A stretch of DNA of 64,000 nt from assembly GCA_964057225.1 (NCBI GenBank), contig OZ059900.1, forward strand, positions 26,536,001 through 26,600,000, given 5' to 3'. The number at the start of each line of letters is the position of its first letter. Position 1 is the stretch's first letter. This stretch comes from Auanema rhodensis (Eukaryota > Animalia > Nematoda). Both the position numbers and the translations under genes were made by a program. Below, one piece after another: positions 57,816-64,000 of this stretch. Below the pieces are notes generated by a model. It had not been told where the DNA came from, made no database searches, and saw only the letters and a list, made by a program, of their open reading frames with translations.

Positions 57816-60800
57816 TAGAATATTTAATTTTTCATAAAAATTGAACGAAACAGCAAGTTGAGCCCGCCGCAAAACATGATAAATGTGTTTCTGTGCTAAC
57901 GAATTTTGTTTCATTGTTTTAATTGGCTAATTCTGAGTTGAATGAAATGTAGCACATTATTCTAGGACCAAAAATGAAAATTTTAGAATATTTAATTTTT
58001 CATAAAAATCGAACGAAATAACAAGTTGAGCCTGCCGCAAAACATGATAAATGTGTTTCTGTGCTAACGAATTTTGTTTCATTGTTTTAATTGGCTAATT
58101 CTGAGTTGAATGAAATGTAGCACATTATTCTAGGACCAAAAATGAAAATTTTAGAATATTCAATTTTTCATAAAAATCGAACGAAATAGCAAGTTGAGCC
58201 CGCCGCAAAACATGATAAATGTGTTTCTGTGCCAACGAATTCTGTTTCATTGTTTTAATTGACTTATTCTGAGTTGAATGAAATGTAGCACATTATTCTA
58301 GGACCAAAAATGAAAATTTTAGAATATTTAATTTTTCATAAAAATCGAACGAAATAGCAAGTTGAGCCCGCCGCAAAACATGATAAATGTGTTTCTGTGC
58401 CAACGAATTCTGTTTCATTGTTTTAATTGACTTATTCTGAGTTGAATGAAATGTAGCACATTATTCTAGGACCAAAAATGAAAATTTTAGAATATTTAAT
58501 TTTTCATAAAAATCGAACGAAATAACAAGTTGAGCCTGCCGCAAAACATGATAAATGTGTTTCTGTGCTAACGAATTTTGTTTCATTGTTTCAATTGACT
58601 TATTCTGAGTTGAATGAAATGTACCACATTATTCTAGGACCAAAAATGAAAATTTTAGAATATTTAATTTTTCATAAAAATCGAACGAAATAGCAAGTTG
58701 AGCCCGCCGCAAAACATGATAAACGTGTTTCTGTGCTAACGAATTTTGTTTCATTGTTTTAATTGACTTATTCTGAGTTGAATGAAATGTAGCACATTAT
58801 TCTAGGACCAAAAATGAAAATTTTAGAATATTTAATTTTTCATAAAAATCGAACGAAATAGCAAGTTGAGCCCGCCGCAAAACATGATAAATGTGTTTCT
58901 GTGCCAACGAATTCTGTTTCATTGTTTTAATTGACTTATTCTGAGTTGAATGAAATGTAGCACATTATTCTAGGACCAAAAATGAAAATTTTAGAATATT
59001 TAATTTTTCATAAAAATCGAACGAAATAACAAGTTGAGCCTGCCGCAAAACATGATAAATGTGTTTCTGTGCTAACGAATTTTGTTTCATTGTTTTAATT
59101 GGCTAATTCTGAGTTGAATGAAATGTAGCACATTATTCTAGGACCAAAAATGAAAATTTTAGAATATTTAATTTTTCATAAAAATCGAACGAAATAGCAA
59201 GTTGAGCCCGCCGCAAAACATGATAAATGTGTTTCTGTGCCAACGAATTTTGTTTCATTGTTTTAATTGACTTATTCTGAGTTGAATTAAATGTAGCACA
59301 TTATTCTAGGACCAAAAATGAAAATTTTAGAATATTTAATTTTTCATAAAAATCGAACGAAACAGCAAGTTGAGCCCGCTGCAAAACATGATAAATGTGT
59401 TTCTATGCTAACGAATTTTGTTTCATTGTTTTAATTGGCTAATTCTGAGTTGAATAAAATGTAGCACATTTATCTAGGACCAAAAATAAAAATTTTAGAA
59501 TATTTAATTTTTCATAAAAATCGAAAGAAATAGCAAGTTGAGCCCGCCGCAAAAGATGATAAATGTGTTTCTGTGCTAACGAATTTTGTTTCATTGTTTC
59601 AATTGACTTATTCTGAGTTGAATCAAATGTAGCACATTATTCTAGGACCAAAAATGAAAATTTTAGAATATTTAATTTTTCATAAAAATCGAACGAAACA
59701 GCAAGTTGAGCCCGCCGCAAAATATGATAAATGTGTTTCTGTGCCAACGAATTTTGTTTCATTGTTTTAATTGACTTATTCTGAGTTGAATGAAATGTAG
59801 CACATTATTCTAGGACCAAAAATGAAAATTTTAGAATATTTAATTTTTCATAAAAATCGAACGAAATAGCAAGTTGAGCCCACCGCAAAACATGATAAAT
59901 GTGTTTCTGTGCTAACGAATTCTGTTTCATTGTTTTGATTGGCTAATTCTGAGTTGAATGAAATGTAGCACACTATTCTAGGACCAAAAATGAAAATTTT
60001 AGAATATTTGAATTTTCATAAAAATCGAACGAAATAGCAAGTTGAGCCCGCCGCAAAATATGATAAATGTGTTTCTGTGCCAACGAATTTTGTTTCATTG
60101 TTTTAATTGACTTATTCTGAGTTGAATGAAATGTAGCACATTATTCTAGGACCAAAAATGAAAATTTTAGAATATTTAATTTTTCATAAAAATCGAACGA
60201 AATAGCAAGTTGAGCCCGCCGCAAAATATGATAAATGTGTTTCTGTGCCAACGAATTTTGTTTCATTGTTTTAATTGACTTATTCTGAGTTGAATGAAAT
60301 GTAGCACATTATTCTAGGACCAAAAATGAAAATTTTAGAATATTTAATTTTTCATAAAAATCGAACGAAATAGCAAGTTGAGCCCACCGCAAAACATGAT
60401 AAATGTGTTTCTGTGCTAACGAATTCTGTTTCATTGTTTTGATTGACTTATTCTGAGTTGAATGAAATGTAACACATTATTCTAGGACCAAAAATGAAAA
60501 TTTTAGAATATTTAATTTTTCATAAAAATCGAACGAAATAGCAAGTTGAGCCCGCCGCAAAATATGATAAATGTGTTTCTGTGCCAACGAATTTTGTTTC
60601 ATTGTTTTAATTGACTTATTCTGAGTTAAATGAAATGTAGCACATTATTCTAGGACCAAAAATGAAAATTTTAGAATATTTAATTTTTCATAAAAATCGA
60701 ACGAAATAACAAGTTGAGCCCGCCGCAAAACATGATAAATGTGTTTCTGTGCTAACGAATTTTGTTTCATTGTTTTAATTGGCTAATTCTGAGTTGAATG

Positions 60801-63800
60801 AAATGTAGCACATTATTCTAGGACCAAAAATGAAAAGTTTAGAATATTCAATTTTTCATAAAAATCGAACGAAATAGCAAGTTGAGCCCGCCGCAAAACA
60901 TGATAAACGTGTTTCTGTGCTAACGAATTTTGTTTCATTGTTTTAATTGACTTATTCTGAGTTGAATGAAATGTAGCACATTATTCTAGGACCAAAAATG
61001 AAAATTTTAGAATATTTAATTTTTCATAAAAATCGAAAGAAATAGCAAGTTGAGCCCGCCGCAAAAGATGATAAATGTGTTTCTGTGCTAACGGATTTTG
61101 TTTCATTGTTTCAATTGACTTATTCTGAGTTGAATCAAATGTAGCACATTATTCTAGGACCAAAAATGAAAATTTTAGAATATTTAATTTTTCATAAAAA
61201 TCGAACGAAACAGCAAGTTGAGCCCGCCGCAAAATATGATAAATGTGTTTCTGTGCCAACGAATTTTGTTTCATTGTTTTAATTGACTTATTCTGAGTTG
61301 AATGAAATGTAGCACATTATTCTAGGACCAAAAATGAAAATTTTAGAATATTTAATTTTTCATAAAAATCGAACGAAATAGCAAGTTGAGCCCACCGCAA
61401 AACATGATAAATGTGTTTCTGTGCTAACGAATTCTGTTTCATTGTTTTGATTGGCTAATTCTGAGTTAAATGAAATGTAGCACATTATTCTAGGACCAAA
61501 AATGAAAATTTTAGAATATTTAATTTTTCATAAAAATCGAACGAAATAACAAGTTGAGCCCGCCGCAAAACATGATAAATGTGTTTCTGTGCTAACGAAT
61601 TTTGTTTCATTGTTTTAATTGGCTAATTCTGAGTTGAATGAAATGTAGCACATTATTCTAGGACCAAAAATGAAAATTTTAGAATATTTAATTTTTCATA
61701 AAAATCGAACGAAATAGCAAGTTGAGCCCGCCGCAAAACATGATAAACGTGTTTCTGTGCTAACGAATTTTGTTTCATTGTTTTAATTGACTTATTCTGA
61801 GTTGAATGAAATGTAGCACATTATTCTAGGACCAAAAATGAAAATTTTAGAATATTTAATTTTTCATAAAAATCGAACGAAATAGCAAGTTGAGCCCGCC
61901 GCAAAACATGATAAATGTGTTTCTGTGCTAACGAATTTTGTTTCATTGTTTTAATTGGCTAATTCTGAGTTGAATGAAATGTAGCACATTATTCTAGGAC
62001 CAAAAATGAAAAGTTTAGAATATTCAATTTTTCATAAAAATCGAACGAAATAGCAAGTTGAGCCCGCCGCAAAACATGATAAACGTGTTTCTGTGCTAAC
62101 GAATTTTGTTTCATTGTTTTAATTGACTTATTCTGAGTTGAATGAAATGTAGCACATTATTCTAGGACCAAAAATGAAAATTTTAGAATATTTAATTTTT
62201 CATAAAAATCGAACGAAATAGCAAGTTGAGCCCGCCGCAAAACATGATAAATGTGTTTCTGTGCCAACGAATTTTGTTTCATTGTTTTAATTGACTTATT
62301 CTGAGTTGAATGAAATGTAGCACATTATTCTAGGACCAAAAATGAAAATTTTAGAATATTTAATTTTTCATAAAAATCGAACGAAACAGCAAGTTGAGCC
62401 CGCTGCAAAACATGATAAATGTGTTTCTATGCTAACGAATTTTGTTTCATTGTTTTAATTGGCTAATTCTGAGTTGAATGAAATGTAGCACATTTATCTA
62501 GGACCAAAAATAAAAATTTTAGAATATTTAATTTTTCATAAAAATCGAAAGAAATAGCAAGTTGAGCCCGCCGCAAAAGATGATAAATGTGTTTCTGTGC
62601 TAACGAATTTTGTTTCATTGTTTCAATTGACTTATTCTGAGTTGAATCAAATGTAGCACATTATTCTAGGACCAAAAATGAAAATTTTAGAATATTTAAT
62701 TTTTCATAAAAATCGAACGAAACAGCAAGTTGAGCCCGCCGCAAAATATGATAAATGTGTTTCTGTGCCAACGAATTTTGTTTCATTGTTTTAATTGACT
62801 TATTCTGAGTTGAATGAAATGTAGCACATTATTCTAGGACCAAAAATGAAAATTTTAGAATATTTAATTTTTCATAAAAATCGAACGAAATAGCAAGTTG
62901 AGCCCACCGCAAAACATGATAAATGTGTTTCTGTGCTAACGAATTCTGTTTCATTGTTTTGATTGACTTATTCTGAGTTGAATGAAATGTAGCACATTAT
63001 TCTAGGACCAAAAATGAAAATTTTAGAATATTTAATTTTTCATAAAAATCGAACGAAATAGCAAGTTGAGCCCGCCGCAAAATATGATAAATGTGTTTCT
63101 GTGCCAACGAATTTTGTTTCATTGTTTTAATTGACTTATTCTGAGTTAAATGAAATGTAGCACATTATTCTAGGACCAAAAATGAAAATTTTAGAATATT
63201 TAATTTTTCATAAAAATCGAACGAAATAACAAGTTGAGCCCGCCGCAAAACATGATAAATGTGTTTCTGTGCTAACGAATTTTGTTTCATTGTTTTAATT
63301 GGCTAATTCTGAGTTGAATGAAATGTAGCACATTATTCTAGGACCAAAAATGAAAAGTTTAGAATATTCAATTTTTCATAAAAATCGAACGAAATAGCAA
63401 GTTGAGCCCGCCGCAAAACATGATAAACGTGTTTCTGTGCTAACGAATTTTGTTTCATTGTTTTAATTGACTTATTCTGAGTTGAATGAAATGTAGCACA
63501 TTATTCTAGGACCAAAAATGAAAATTTTAGAATATTTAATTTTTCATAAAAATCGAAAGAAATAGCAAGTTGAGCCCGCCGCAAAAGATGATAAATGTGT
63601 TTCTGTGCTAACGAATTTTGTTTCATTGTTTCAATTGACTTATTCTGAGTTGAATCAAATGTAGCACATTATTCTAGGACCAAAAATGAAAATTTTAGAA
63701 TATTTAATTTTTCATAAAAATCGAACGAAACAGCAAGTTGAGCCCGCCGCAAAATATGATAAATGTGTTTCTGTGCCAACGAATTTTGTTTCATTGTTTT

Positions 63801-64000
63801 AATTGACTTATTCTGAGTTGAATGAAATGTAGCACATTATTCTAGGACCAAAAATGAAAATTTTAGAATATTTAATTTTTCATAAAAATCGAACGAAATA
63901 GCAAGTTGAGCTCACCGCAAAACATGATAAATGTGTTTCTGTGCTAACGAATTCTGTTTCATTGTTTTGATTGGCTAATTCTGAGTTAAATGAAATGTAG
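57816..64000 (+). repeat. 168-bp satellite, about 37 monomers, more divergent subfamily
   Basis: Same monomer with diagnostic variants (gacttatt, gtgccaac, aaatatgat, cgaaagaa). Confidence 0.99.

Overview
AT-rich eukaryotic heterochromatin, most likely from a nematode (inferred from 40-46 nt GT-AG introns and a primer-binding site matching the Caenorhabditis-type tRNA-Pro 3' end). About 58% of the window is a 168-bp satellite in three blocks: 3602-33200, 52851-54483 and 57816-64000. Four mobile-element insertions are present. (1) The 5' part of a Ty3/Gypsy LTR element at 1-3601 (minus strand). (2) A rearranged, defective Polinton/Maverick at about 33286-52850. It carries minor capsid, packaging ATPase, adenain-like protease, a core-protein fragment, an intron-containing pPolB 5' fragment, C2H2 zinc-finger genes and four copies of one terminal junction. 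(3) A complete, very young copy of element 1 at 37252-46631 (apparently identical 399-bp LTRs, CATT TSD, tRNA-Gln PBS), nested in the Polinton terminal repeat. (4) An unrelated, internally rearranged Gypsy element at 54484-57815 (TAGA TSD, tRNA-Pro PBS). The most striking observation is the single ~2470-2485 aa ORF of element 3, ordered Gag - signal peptide - class III (herpes gB/chuvirus G-like) fusion glycoprotein - TM anchor - protease - RT - RNase H - integrase. Env is embedded in frame between Gag and Pol, implying an endogenous virus with a membrane-threaded polyprotein. All family assignments come from motif recognition by eye; no searches were run.
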